Shown here piece by piece: positions 11,563-22,807 of a DNA stretch of 64,000 nt (the first letter of the stretch is position 1; each line of letters starts with the position of its first letter). The notes beneath the pieces were generated by a model. It saw only the letters and a program-made list of their open reading frames with translations. It was not told the origin of the DNA and did not search any database. The stretch is from Diplonema japonicum (taxonomy: Eukaryota > Protista > Euglenozoa: Diplonemea), in contig OZ025701.1 of NCBI GenBank assembly GCA_964019335.1, positions 124,001 to 188,000 on the forward strand, read 5' to 3'. Position numbers and translations under genes: made by a program.

Positions 11563-12037
11563 TTATCGAATCCTGTAGTTAGGTAGCTTCGCGCGAGCAG
11601 GAAGCGGGGCTAGAGGGATTACGTTGCTGGCCTGACGGGGGACTCCAAGGTCGCCCTCATCATCGCTGTGCTCCACCCGTCCAAACTCCGGGTGTTTCAA
11701 TGGTGGCAACTCCTCGTAGGGCTCGAGGTCTTTGTTGTAGGATACCTTCGTCTTTGCCGGGACTCTCTCGTTGTTCTTCCTCTTTCTCCTTAGGCTCTTC
11801 AGAGACACCGCCCTGGCAGAATACATGTTGCTAAGATGAAATGTGGTTCAAATACTCAAAGAAAATACAAAAGAGAAAGGGTGCAGAAATCAGGAAACTC
11901 TGTTTGGCGTGTGGTCCTGTGCGTAGCGTACCCGGTTTGTATGGGACCATATCGCGTTGTGTGGATCGCAAACAGGCAGGTTCATGAGAGAGGAGTACAT
12001 GCGAGGCCTTAGGCATGTAACAAGATAAAGAGCGCAT
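11563..12037 (-). CDS. Small hypothetical protein (134 aa); introns 11900..11931, 11831..11868
   Basis: Two GT-AG micro-introns (32 and 38 nt) join ORFs 11831..12037 and 11563..11826 in frame (..PYKPEFPDFCTLSLFNMYSARAV..). Contains the basic stretch LRRKRKN. Confidence 0.55.
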
Positions 12038-12951
12038 TCAACGGGTCGTGGCAAGGGTTTCTGTGTAAAAGGTCAAGGGCGAGAAACAAAAGCGCTTTTA
12101 TTTAAAGCAAGCGGGAGGGGCGGGAAAAAAGATTAGGGGGGACTCATGGGCCCTTAGGTAGCAAAATAAAATCAAAGAAAACTCGATCCTGTATCGTCAA
12201 GGTGACTCGCAAAGACATTAAACCGTCACTTCCCACTACTTTTCAAAGTGGGGACTGCCCAATGTTTGAAGCAGATGTTCAGGTGAGCATGTACTGCAGA
12301 AGCGGGACCACATTCCAGCATACTTGATAGCGGCGCAGAGGACCATTTCTCTTAGCGTTGTAGGTGTCAACGTCTTCGAAGTCGGTCAGCTCGCCAGACC
12401 AACGTAACCAACTGCCACAGCAGGGTGAACTTTATCATAGGTCGGATACCTCCAAGCCCGCCCCCTCCGGGACTATTCCTTGTTGACGAAAAGGAGTCGG
12501 TGGCCCTGTGTGGTCTCCATCATGTCATCAGAACGTGGATACTTCAGCTCGATTTCTTTTGCATTCTCCGGATAAATATTGATGAGGTTTTCCGAAGATT
12601 CACAGCTGTCGTCTTCGCCTCAGGTCGATGATGCTTTACCGGGGAGGTGCTGAAGACGTTACTCACGACGTTCCCTCGATGGACTATGTGGACACATGTC
12701 TTCTACATGAAGCTAGCTGTAGTAAGTTGGTATTTTATTTGCAAGTTGTTGAAAACAAATGGAATAATAAAACATAAAAAAGTATACAATAAGGGAATGG
12801 GGGCACAAAGGAGGAAAGCGACATAATAAATACAAGATAAACACCGATTCGGAGGAGTGGGGGGAGGGGGGGGGGGTGGGAAAGAACTTACAACAACGAG
12901 CTATCTATTAAAGAAAGGGCATGTACAATACAAGGTCACCTACTTGCCGGA

Positions 12952-15900
12952 TCACCCGGTCCTCACCGTTACGCGCTTCTTCGGAGAGACATGTGTAGAA
13001 GAGGGGGAGATGGGCTTCGCGGGGGAGAGGTCCCAAGCATTGGTATGCGTGTGCCTGCGAGGGGAGACTGTGAGGAGGTTGGACTTGTTAAGCTGGGCTT
13101 TCTTTGCTTCGAGCTCCATGCGGATAGCATCCACGAGGGCAGTGGTCTCTGTGGATGGGGCGACGGGAGTGGCGGCGAGAGGCTTAAAGCTCGCCTCGCG
13201 GAGCTCGTTGCGCAGGCTGTCCACGGCACGCATACCCTCGGACAGGGGGCTCGCTGCTGCTGCTACTGCTGATCCTGTGAGCCTGCTCTCTTCTAGCCGC
13301 AGTCTTAGATCCGCCACTTTACTCTCCGCCCTTGCAGTGTTGTCCACCGCAACTACATAGTCCCTCTTCAACGCTTCGTTCTCAGCCAACAACACCTGCT
13401 GCTGTTTGTGCCTCTCCTGTATGGTGGCATTCAGATCTGCCGTCTCTCTCGCCTGCCTCGCCACGTCTTCCCTCAGTCGTATCGCTTCCCTCTCAGCATC
13501 ATCATTCCTGACCACCTCAGGAGCCGCCTGCAGTGCCCGTATCTGCGAGAGCAACTCCTCCTCGCGTATTCTGCTCAGGCTGAGCTCGTCCCTCAACCTT
13601 CTCCCTGCCTCCAGCTGCCCCACCGCAGAGTCCAACGCCTCTTGCAACCGTTGGTTCTGTATTTGAGGGAGTTACTCATGTTTACTGACCTCCATACCTT
13701 CTCCAACAGCATCCCCTTCTCTGCGCCCCACCCCTCGCTGCGAAGCACTACTTCGTTCCTGTTTTTCTCCGTCTCCATCCTAGCCTGCTGCAGCGCTGTC
13801 TCTAAAGAAGGGACCATGTTCTCCCTCAGATGCATCGCATCCAGCTCTCTGTGTCGGTGCGTCGTGCTTTCAGGCATACCCTTGAAGATCGCAGCTCACT
13901 TTGTTGACTGATGTCAGCTGCTCGCGTGTCACGAACAGGTCCTGCGTCACTTTTTTGAGCTCATCATCCTTCTTCTCCAAAAGCGACCTGAGCATGGCGG
14001 ACTCTCCCTTGCTATCTTTGGCCCTTTCGAACTCCAGCTGAAAGGTGTCGATGGTGCTGGTCAGTGCTTTGTTCGCGTCTTCAAGGGCACAGGACTTCGC
14101 CCCTAGCTCAGCGTTTAATTCTTTCGTCTTCTGGCGCAGGAGGTTCACCTCCTCCTCTTGCCGCTTAGCCTCCTTTGATTGGAGGTCGCGGAGCTCTTTC
14201 GTGGAATGGAGGTCGGTGTCGATCCTGTTCTGCGCGTGCTTCAGCGCGACGTGCAGTGACTCGATCGTATCTGTGGGCGTGATAAGTGTCATGTCACATA
14301 CGTTGTGAAGCTGCGTACTGCGACGTCAGCTGCTCTATTTGCTTAGAGAGCTCCGTTTCCTTTGCGGCGTACTCCGCCTGTAAGCTGTCACGGAACTCCT
14401 TCTGCTGCTGCTCCTGCACCGATGCAACGGAGTCCTTGCTAGGGTCAGCAAGCCCCAGGTGCTCCTGGCACTCATTCTTGAGCAGCTGGATGTGCACAGG
14501 GTCACCCTCCACAGTCATCGTGTTCTCCATCAGCGAGATCTGTACTCCGTACTTGTCACGGAAGTACTGGATTCCTTGCCCATTCACTGTCACGAGCTTC
14601 CTGAGCATCCCAGGCGGCAGTATAATGTGCTCTGTGTGTGACTGTTGCGTCACCTTCGACGGGTCCTGAAGCCTCTTCAGGTCTGCCGCCTGTGCAATAA
14701 GCCGCTCCTTTAGCGCGTCAATGAAGGTGCGTGCCTCTTGGAGTTCCTCTGTTGCTGCGTGTAACTTCTTGTCAACCTCACTCCTTCCCCGCTCCTCAGC
14801 TGCCTCGACGCCAAGCTGCAGGGACTCGATCTCAAGAGCTCTCTCCCGCTCACTCCGGTCGAACAAACTGTTCGCCTTTCGCAGTTCCAGCATGTCTTTC
14901 TTGAGGTCGTAGTTCTGGCGCTTCAGCTCGTCAAGCTGTGTGTGGTCTTTGTGCTATTTCGTCCTGTGCATACCTCGCTCTGCGCGTTTGGGGACATTTC
15001 GGTTATTTTCCTCTCCGCTTCCTGAAGCTTCGCAGTCGCCTCCTCTGCCACAAGCTTGACTCTGGAGAGCTCGTCCTCCAAAGACGACACCCTGTTCTTG
15101 TTGCGCATGAAGTCTTCCATGATTTGCTGCGCACGGCGCTTGGCGGCGGCCTCCTCCATCTGGGAGGAGATATCCCACGGTGCGGACTTGGGGGTGTTGT
15201 CTTGGGGGTGCGCGTGATCGTAGCCAGCAGGCGTCTGGCGCTGTGGGAGATAAGAAAAATAAAGAATTGAAAAGAACAAAAGGTTTATATTTCGCCATTT
15301 CTTCACTCTATCCGAAAGAAGAAGTAATTTGCGTGAACGCGGTACGAGATGATTGCCTAGTCTGCACTTCCTCCAAACAAGTGAAGGGTGCGTACCAATA
15401 ATAGTTGCGGGAGAACTCAACACCGACAAAGGCAAACCACCATAAAAAATGAGAAATGATCACCAGTTTCAAGGAGATATGCAAACGGACATTCGAGGGA
15501 AAAAAAAATGGATTTTGTATCGTTCATCTCTTTCCGTTTCGTACCCTTGGAAGCGCAAATTCGTATTGGTATGGGGTGAGCAAAAAAAGTTGCCAAGGCT
15601 AAGATCACCTTAGGTATAGTGGTGAAGCGAGTCGCATTCGCATTCTCGCACAAATAAAATCTGAGCCGAATTCTCGCAAAACTACTCGCATTCTCGCACA
15701 CTCTCGCGTCAATTCTCGCACATGCTAGTGTGCATGTGCCAAAAATACTCCCCCTAGGGCTACGTTGTCGGCGTACGCGTACGCAGCAAATCTGAAAAAG
15801 TGCGTACGGCTCCGTACACCTACAGGTACAGGCTACGGGTCAAAGGGCTTACACAAGAGGGGCAAATGGGAGTGGGGCATGCCAATAGGTCGCAAGAGGC

Positions 15901-17018
15901 CCTTGCGCATCCTACCACATGGTGAATATTAGATTCTTCTTGAAGATTTTCCAAAATGAATGCTGTACGCAAAAAATGCGTACGCGTACGCAGCAAATCT
16001 AAAAAAGAATGCGTACGGCGTACGTTCGAAATACGGCCGTACGCCGACAACGTAGCCCTAGAAGGGTCACATGGTCCTTAAAAACGTGGTTAAACGTGAA
16101 AAAAAAGGGTTTTTTTTAAATCTTTTTCCCTAAGGTAAAAAGAACCGCCCAACGGGAGGGATGTTTTACATCTCCAGCTCCAGTACTCTGCATTTCCGAA
16201 TTTGAAAAAACCCACTACCCATGTGACCCCCCCCCCCCCCCCCCCCCCCTCGACCTTCATACTCCTCCCGAACTAACGCGATCAGTGCGTTCACGTCCGC
16301 CCCCGTGTGTGATTCACCCTCGTTGATGTCCAGGTGGAGGAGGGCCTTCCTCTGAGTATCCGACCAGCCCAGAAATGGTGTTTGGCACTGGTGGCGTCTG
16401 TGCTTAACGAAAAAGCCAAAATAGGCCGAAATCCCTTAGGACCCCAAAAAATACTTATGACAGATTTCTGCAGACCACCGATGAGATGACAGACTTCTTA
16501 AGACATAATGAACGTTCAGAAATGCCTTTGCAGCCACAATAATATATTGTATGAAAAAAAAAAAAAAAAAGCTCGCCATGCTATTGTTCTTTCTTGCATA
16601 CCACTGGTGCAATGTACCGAGAGTCGGGTGAGACGGAGGAGGTAACGACCTGGGGCTTAGCAGGAGTGGCAAGACCGTCCGCAAGGGGGATAGGAAAAGC
16701 TGTCACAACTGGTGTGGGGGGCGGCTTGATAAGCTCACGGGTGAGGTATAAAGTGGTCCCTGTCTGCATCCCTGCCTGCTCAGGAGTTAAGTTCAGGTTG
16801 ACCCTGCTTGTCTTGGGATCGACGTTGGTCCCTGTGTACACCGCAATGCCCATTTCATCAAAGCTCAGTGTAGCATCAAAGCCCAGCAAAACGGCGAACT
16901 TGCTGCTGATCCCCGGGTGTACAAATGGCAGCATCGGGTCGACCACGAGCAGCGGTTCCTGCTTGCTGCTCGCTATCTGCGCCACCACTGTGGCGTCTCC
17001 TGTTATTTGCAGCAACAT
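12952..17018 (-). CDS. Ubiquitin-like N-domain + coiled-coil protein with a KH-like domain (854 aa); introns 15241..16601, 14936..14973, 14271..14301, 13849..13879, 13657..13697
   Basis: Four GTATG..CAG micro-introns fuse the ORFs across 12952..15240. A phase-0 donor at 16601 matches the phase-0 acceptor at 15241. KH-like segment ILPPGMLRKLVTVNGQGIQYFRDKYGVQI..VEGDP. The link to the first exon is inferred. Confidence 0.65.
15754..16061. mobile_element. MITE with perfect 24-bp terminal inverted repeats
   Basis: CTAGGGCTACGTTGTCGGCGTACG (15754..15777) is the exact reverse complement of 16038..16061. GCGTACGCGTACGCAGCAAATCT occurs twice internally. TA or CTAG could be the target duplication. 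Confidence 0.8.
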
Positions 17019-17798
17019 TTTCCTTTTTTTTTTTTCCCCTTTTCCCCCCACTCTTTTTTAGAAAAAAATGAACCTTTGCAGCGGGAAAAAAAAAAAAAAA
17101 AAACTATAAAAAAAAAAAAGATAGATTCCCCCCTGTCTCTGGGGTCGCTGTTGTTGTTGTGAGGGGAGGGGGGGGGGGGATATCCTAAAAATGTGAAAGA
17201 AGAAGAAGAAAAAAAAAAGTAAGAGAACAGCTTTCTTTTTCTTTTCTTTTTTTTCTCCTCTCACCTTCCCCCTTAAAAAAAACTTTTCTTTTCTCATTGC
17301 ATGACAGGCCTTGGTTTCTATCTACAAGCGATTCCTTTGCAAGGAGGAAACCACTCATGATAGGAAAACCGACAGTCAAGTGGGAAGGAGGGGAAAAAGA
17401 AAAAGAGTATATGGATAGGGGGGGTTGAAAAAAATTAAACAAGGTTTTTAAAAAGAAAGAAAGAAAAAAGGGGCAAAAAAAAAAGAACATAAAAGAAAGA
17501 AAAGAAAAGGAGAGGCGGTTGGTAATTTCACATGGATAGAAGTATAAAAACAGGGGGGAAAAAATCTTTCATTTTTTTCTCTTTGAACTCTTTGCCTCTC
17601 ACCTTTGTCATTCTGTCATGTTCTTTCCCTCTCTCTCTGTCTTCGGGGGCTCTGGGGGCAATTGGAGCAGGTAAAAAAAAAAAAAAATACTCGATAAAAT
17701 CTCAATGTGCAGGGGTGCTCACTGAAAAAAAGATTGGAAGCGAATGGAGAGAAAAAGAAAAAAAAAAACGTTATAATGCAACTCAAAAGAAAATAGTG

Positions 17799-17843
<45 letters not shown>

Positions 17844-18036
17844 TAAAAAAAAAAAAAAAAAAAAAAAACAACACCAGATTACCAAATCTTTCTTTTTTTT
17901 TTTTTTAAACGTTCTTTCTGTTTTTTTTTTTTTTCCCTCTTTTTTTTCCTTCGGTTCACTTCTCGTCCCTCCCCTCCTCTCGTTTGCATTTTTCATCTTA
18001 ACCCTTTTCCTTTTTCTTTTTTAAAAAAAAGGTATA

Positions 18037-19961
18037 TCAAGCTTCCCTCACAGGCAACTCAACGGCAGGGTCAACGCTGGTGGGAGCAGGGTAGCCGGGG
18101 AGGTCCACAGAGTAGTGCTCGAGTTCATTGCTCTGGATTTTTTTTTTTTTTTTTTTTTTAAAAATATTTTCACTATCCCCTCCCCTGCGAATATACCTTT
18201 TCAGAAGCCTCAGAGCCCCCTGCTACCTGGCAGAGGTTGGGCAGAGAAACATCAAGACTGGCAATAGGGGGGAGATCCCGGAGAAGAGGTGCACTGCCTA
18301 CAAAAGGCGAGAATGTGAGGTTCTTTGAGTCCGACGAGACAGGTGCTGTCTGTGTGTACAAAGAGAAGCTGAGGTGTGAGGAGCTAGCCACTGCCAGGGA
18401 GGCAGTGATGACATAAAAGACGCAGTTGGTGCAGTCCGAGATAACTACCTTGTTTGCAGTTCCTATGAAGAAAGTACATCCCTCGCAGTTCGTGACTTCC
18501 ACGCTCTCCACTGCATCGATCACTTGTACCTTTGTTTGCTTGCACCCACGCACCACAACAGGCTTCATTGTTACCTCACCAGGCACTCGGGTAACCACTG
18601 TCTCGGTGCACCCCTCTATGACACATCCCGACTCATTCACAGGCCCGTCCCCCCTCACCTTCTGCACCGCATCCCCGTAGCTGTCCACCGACGGTGGTGA
18701 CGGCACACTCCTCGCTTGCTGCTTGGCTGCCATCTTCGCCATCAACTCCGCCACCTTGTCGTCCTGCTCCTCTTCCTCCGTTTTCGCCGGTGTCCGCTTC
18801 GCCCAGCCACTGTGATAATTACTTTATTTTTCACCCAAATAAATACCTGTCCTGCTTCTCCTTCGGGCTGTGTTCCCCCTTAGACGGCGAAACTGCTTCT
18901 TGCTCGGGCCTGAGGGGTAGGGGTGTGAGGTCATGTGTGAGTCATACTTAATCTCTATTTTACGTGCGCTGTCCTCCTGCGCTTGCATTTCCCGCTCCTC
19001 TTCCTCGTCCTGGATGTCGCCCCAGTTGGCGTCGTCGGGCAGGCATTCGGGCAGTCCGTTGGGCGACAACGTAGGCAGCGTCTGCAGTGCTGTGCAGAGA
19101 CTAGTAGCATACCGTGATGGGCCGCGAGGGGGTAGTAGCTGCTGATGTCGTGAGCTCTTTCTGGGGTGTCATGAACCCCTTCTGCGGGGTTCCCATTTCC
19201 ACCTTCTTAGGAGACCTCATGTCCACAGGCCTGCCGAGGCGTGGCTGCACGGCCGTGGGCGGCAGCACGCGGCCTTGTGTGACGGGCACTTGGCGTTCCT
19301 GCGCCATGGGGCTGTTTAGCGCAGGCTCAGCAGGCTTGTCGATGACGAGGGCGTCCGGACCCGATCTTACAATGGGTACGTTGGTCGGGGTGGACTTGTC
19401 AGGAGGGGACCACGGCTGTGCGTGGGGGCTGCACTTGTGCTGGCTGGGGGTGGTGGTGATTCTACCGAAGTCCCAGTCCGACCCGACGGAGGTTGGGGTG
19501 GCGAGGCCGGGCTCGAGATGAAGGGAGGGGTTGGTGGGGGTAGAGCTGAGTGGGGGGTTCGGTGGGGTGATGTGGGGGCTGGGCCACTGGTGCTGCTGCT
19601 GGGGAGATGAGAGAGGGGAACGGTGGGGCTGCGAGGCCGGGAGGGGACGTCGAGGCGCATAGCCAGAGGCAGGGAGTTGCTGCTGCTGCCAGCCGTACTG
19701 AGACTGGGGCGGGCTCTGCTGGTAGCCTTGGTGCTGCGGGGGTGGAGGCTTGCTCAACGGGTGTGGAGGGTGCTGCAGGTGGTGTCCATAACTGCTGTGC
19801 GGTGGATGGTGCTGTCCTGGACCCGGCGGCTGCATATGGTGCCCTTGGTGGTATCCATGTGGCTGTTGAGGCGGCTGCTGCTGAGGCATCCCATACGACC
19901 CATATCTCCCATCACCCCTCATGTCCTCTCCGTACCTCTTGCCCATGCTTTGCATATCCAT
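18037..19961 (-). CDS. Pro/Gln/His-rich protein with C-terminal TBCC/RP2 (CARP beta-helix) domain (584 aa); introns 19082..19112, 18910..18947, 18810..18846, 18133..18196
   Basis: Beta-helix repeats VVVRGCKQTKVQVID..VEVTNCEGCTFFIG..VISDCTNCVFYV..FSLYTQTAPV..LTFSPF. Four introns join the ORFs in frame. Confidence 0.75.
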
Positions 19962-20346
19962 TTGAAAGAGAGTAGAGGGATAGCTTATAAGCTCTCTTCC
20001 TACTTTTCTTTATACGCGACGGGTGCTTATGTTTTGTATTCCTTTTTACTTCTTTTTGTTTTTATTTCTTGTCTGTCTTTTGTTTTTTAACCTTTTTTTT
20101 TAAAAATTATCTTTCTTGTTGTTTCTCTTGTTTATTTTTTAATTATTATTATTTCCGTTCAGCACACAGTCATACCGGGCTAAAGGGGAGAGGAGGGGGT
20201 GCCTGTGTGAGGATTTGTATGTTGTCAGTCAATACGAGGGGCGAGAACAAAAAAAAAAGAAGAAAGAAAAAAAAGATCATGACATGATTCGTTCTTTTTT
20301 TTTAAACTCCCCTCCCCTCTTGTTACTTTCTTTCGCTTAAATCCTT

Positions 20347-20567
20347 CTAGCAGTACTTTCTCCAGCCCAGCATCTCAGCGTTTTCACGGAAGGACTGACG
20401 GTCGATGTTGAGCCCGTACTTCCTGATCAAGGCGTGGCGGGACCCAGAGATACGGCAGCTGTCATGTGAGGAATTTAAATTTTTTCTCCCTTTTTTTTCT
20501 TCCCCCCATACCGGCGACCTCCCTGCTCCGTCTTAGGGTGCGAGTTCCAAACGTCACGGTGTCCCAT
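20347..20567 (-). CDS. RPS29: 40S ribosomal protein S29 (uS14), 55 aa; intron 20459..20511
   Basis: Spliced product [55 protein letters not shown] has the S29 signatures MGH..[12 protein letters not shown] and RQ.FRE.A..G. Not in the ORF track. Confidence 0.92.
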
Positions 20568-21113
20568 TTTTTTTTTGACTTAAAGAAACGAAAACCTTTT
20601 TTTTTTCTTTTCCCCAAAACCTCACCAAGAGTTATAAAAAAAAAGAAACGGAGGGGGAGGGGAGGCGCACAATAGTAAATCTATAAAAAGAAATAGAAGG
20701 GAAAAAAAAGGGGGGTGTTTTTTTTTCGATTTTTCAGCCTTACAAAGCCGACCAGTTATTCTTTTTTTTTTTTGTGGTCCCTCTCTTTCCCCCCCCTTTT
20801 TTTCTTCTTCTTCTTCCCCCCTACGAACATAAACTTCTAGTAATAGCGCTCCACATTCCCTTATGTGTTCGTGGCCTGTAACTAAGAACTGCATAAAATA
20901 TGACCTTCTTTTTTCTCTCTTTTTTTCTTGGAACATTATCCCGCTGACCTTTTGTTAAGATTAAAAAAAGTTTCCAAGGCTGTAACTACGAACACCTAAG
21001 AGAATATGCAGGCGCAAAAAAAAAAAAAATCTCTATTCTAATAATCAAAATAAACAAAGAAAAAGAGGGGGGGGGGGGATCTATTATAAAAAACCCTTCA
21101 TTTCTTTTCAGTT

Positions 21114-22807
21114 TTAGAACTGGGGCGGGGGCGGGTGGAATTGTTCAGCTGTGTTGTATTTCTCCCCTTCCCTGCAAAGTATCGCACTAACATACCTGGG
21201 GGCTGCTGCCCGTTGAAGGGGGCAGGGCCGGGGCCGACAGGGGGAGGGGGCTGGATAAGGAACTCTGTGAAATAAGAAGCAGCAAGTACAAACACGACAG
21301 TTCCTGCAACACCAAGGATGACCCAAAGGCCGTAGAGGTCATCGCTGGTGCTGTTCCCACCAGTACTGACGACTGCAGTCTGACCGAACGCCAGCTGGAA
21401 GGCCGCGCCTATCATCTCGAAGGCGGAAGCGGAGCTGAGAGCAGTGCCTGTCTTCTTGAAGCCTTGAACAATTGAAGTGCAGCTCGCCTTCCCCACAGCA
21501 CCCGTGGTTCCCACACACAGCACCCCTGCTATGGTCGTCAGGTCAGTGCCCGTCCCCCCCGTCACGTGCCCCCAAACAGTGTTCTCTGCTGTCAGTGGGC
21601 ATGTTGTGAACACTTGCTTCGCCACCGTAGCCGAGCATATCGACACGGGGTTGAAGAATTGCACACCTTTTTTGTTTTGTTTCCCTCCCGCTTTTTTTCC
21701 ATACCCAACCCCTGCAGGGTCTGGAACCTCCTCGTGTTGGCCGTCGGTGTGATCGTTGTTTCCTTCATCAGCTTCCCGATCGCGCAAAGCGTCGTGGCCC
21801 CTGCCGTGCACCTGTGAACGTTACCTTGTTATTTGTAATGCATACTCGCTTGTAGCAGGGGAGAGGAGCCCGCCCGCTAGCTTCTGCAAGTCCCCAACAG
21901 TGCTGTACCCCATGACGTCTGCCCATATGTTCGGGTGCGTCATCCACCTGCGGGTCGTCCCTTCGTAATCGAAGAGCATCGACTGCAGCAGGGCAGAGAG
22001 GGCCTCGTTCCCCCGTTGAGGGATGTTCCCAGACAGCAGCAGGTAGAAGCTGTTGCTCATGCCCAGCGGCTGCACGACGTTTTCGAAGATGTAGGCGGCA
22101 GCACGGTTGGTGTCGGTGGATGTGACGGTGATATCACCATCGATGACCATCCTGTTCAGGATGTAGACGAGGAGGGCAGTGTTGGTGTGCGCGTAGTTGT
22201 ACGAGGCAGGCTGCCCGGGTGTCAACGTGGTGAAGATGGCGGAGGTGAGGTCGGTGCTCCCGACAGACGCAGCAGTGAAGGTGTTCTCCATAAACTGCGT
22301 GAAGGTTGTGGTCCCCCCTCCTGTGCACGCACCAGCAGTAGTACACGTCACACCCTGCGACAGTTGTGCACCGAAGTACAAGTCATCTGTAAGGGTCGAC
22401 GTATGCTGCATAAGCATCCTGTAGGTGATGGGTGTGGTCCTGTGAGCAGGGTTCAGAAGGTTCAGGTTTGTGCCAGGGATGTACTTCGAAGGGACCTGCG
22501 TATCAAGAGCACCTGCGATACCTGTTGCGGAAGTCAGGGCGGCTGCGACGACGATCAGCTCTGCGAGGGATCCTATGCGTGCTGCCGTGTCCAGCTCCAT
22601 TGGTCTTGTGGGCGTCCCTAGATCCCTGTTCCCCATGGCGGCCGTTGCACCGTTGGTGTACTGTGTGGCACCGTCCACAACAGACATCACAGCGGTTGCG
22701 TAAAGGTTCGCGTCGGCGGTGACCTGACTGTCATACAAGGCCTTCAGGGTTTGCCCTGTTGCTAGCTGCAACATAGTCGCTACTATGCACACCGTTGCCC
22801 CTTTCAT
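21114..22807 (-). CDS. Beta-lactamase/serine-hydrolase-fold type I membrane protein, probably inactive (524 aa); introns 21812..21845, 21667..21704, 21149..21195
   Basis: Signal peptide, then class C beta-lactamase-fold motifs DTAARIGSLAE, ITYRMLMQHTSTL, PG..YNYAHTNTALL, VVQPLGMSNS, YSTVGDLQKL, WGHV. C-terminal TM helix and Pro-rich tail. Confidence 0.8.

Noticed and set aside
12952-14973. Apparent frameshifts or pseudogenes between consecutive ORFs
   Set aside because: Each break is explained by a GT-AG micro-intron that restores frame, so no recoding or pseudogene is needed.
17302-17378. SECIS element
   Set aside because: AUGA is present but the AA loop spacing and GA quartet do not fit, and no upstream gene needs an in-frame UGA.
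17058-17996. Poly-Phe/poly-Lys ORFs here and at 26.0-26.9, 32.6-33.4, 44.7-47.9, 51.1-51.7 and 55.4-56.4 kb
   Set aside because: Translations of homopolymer tracts.
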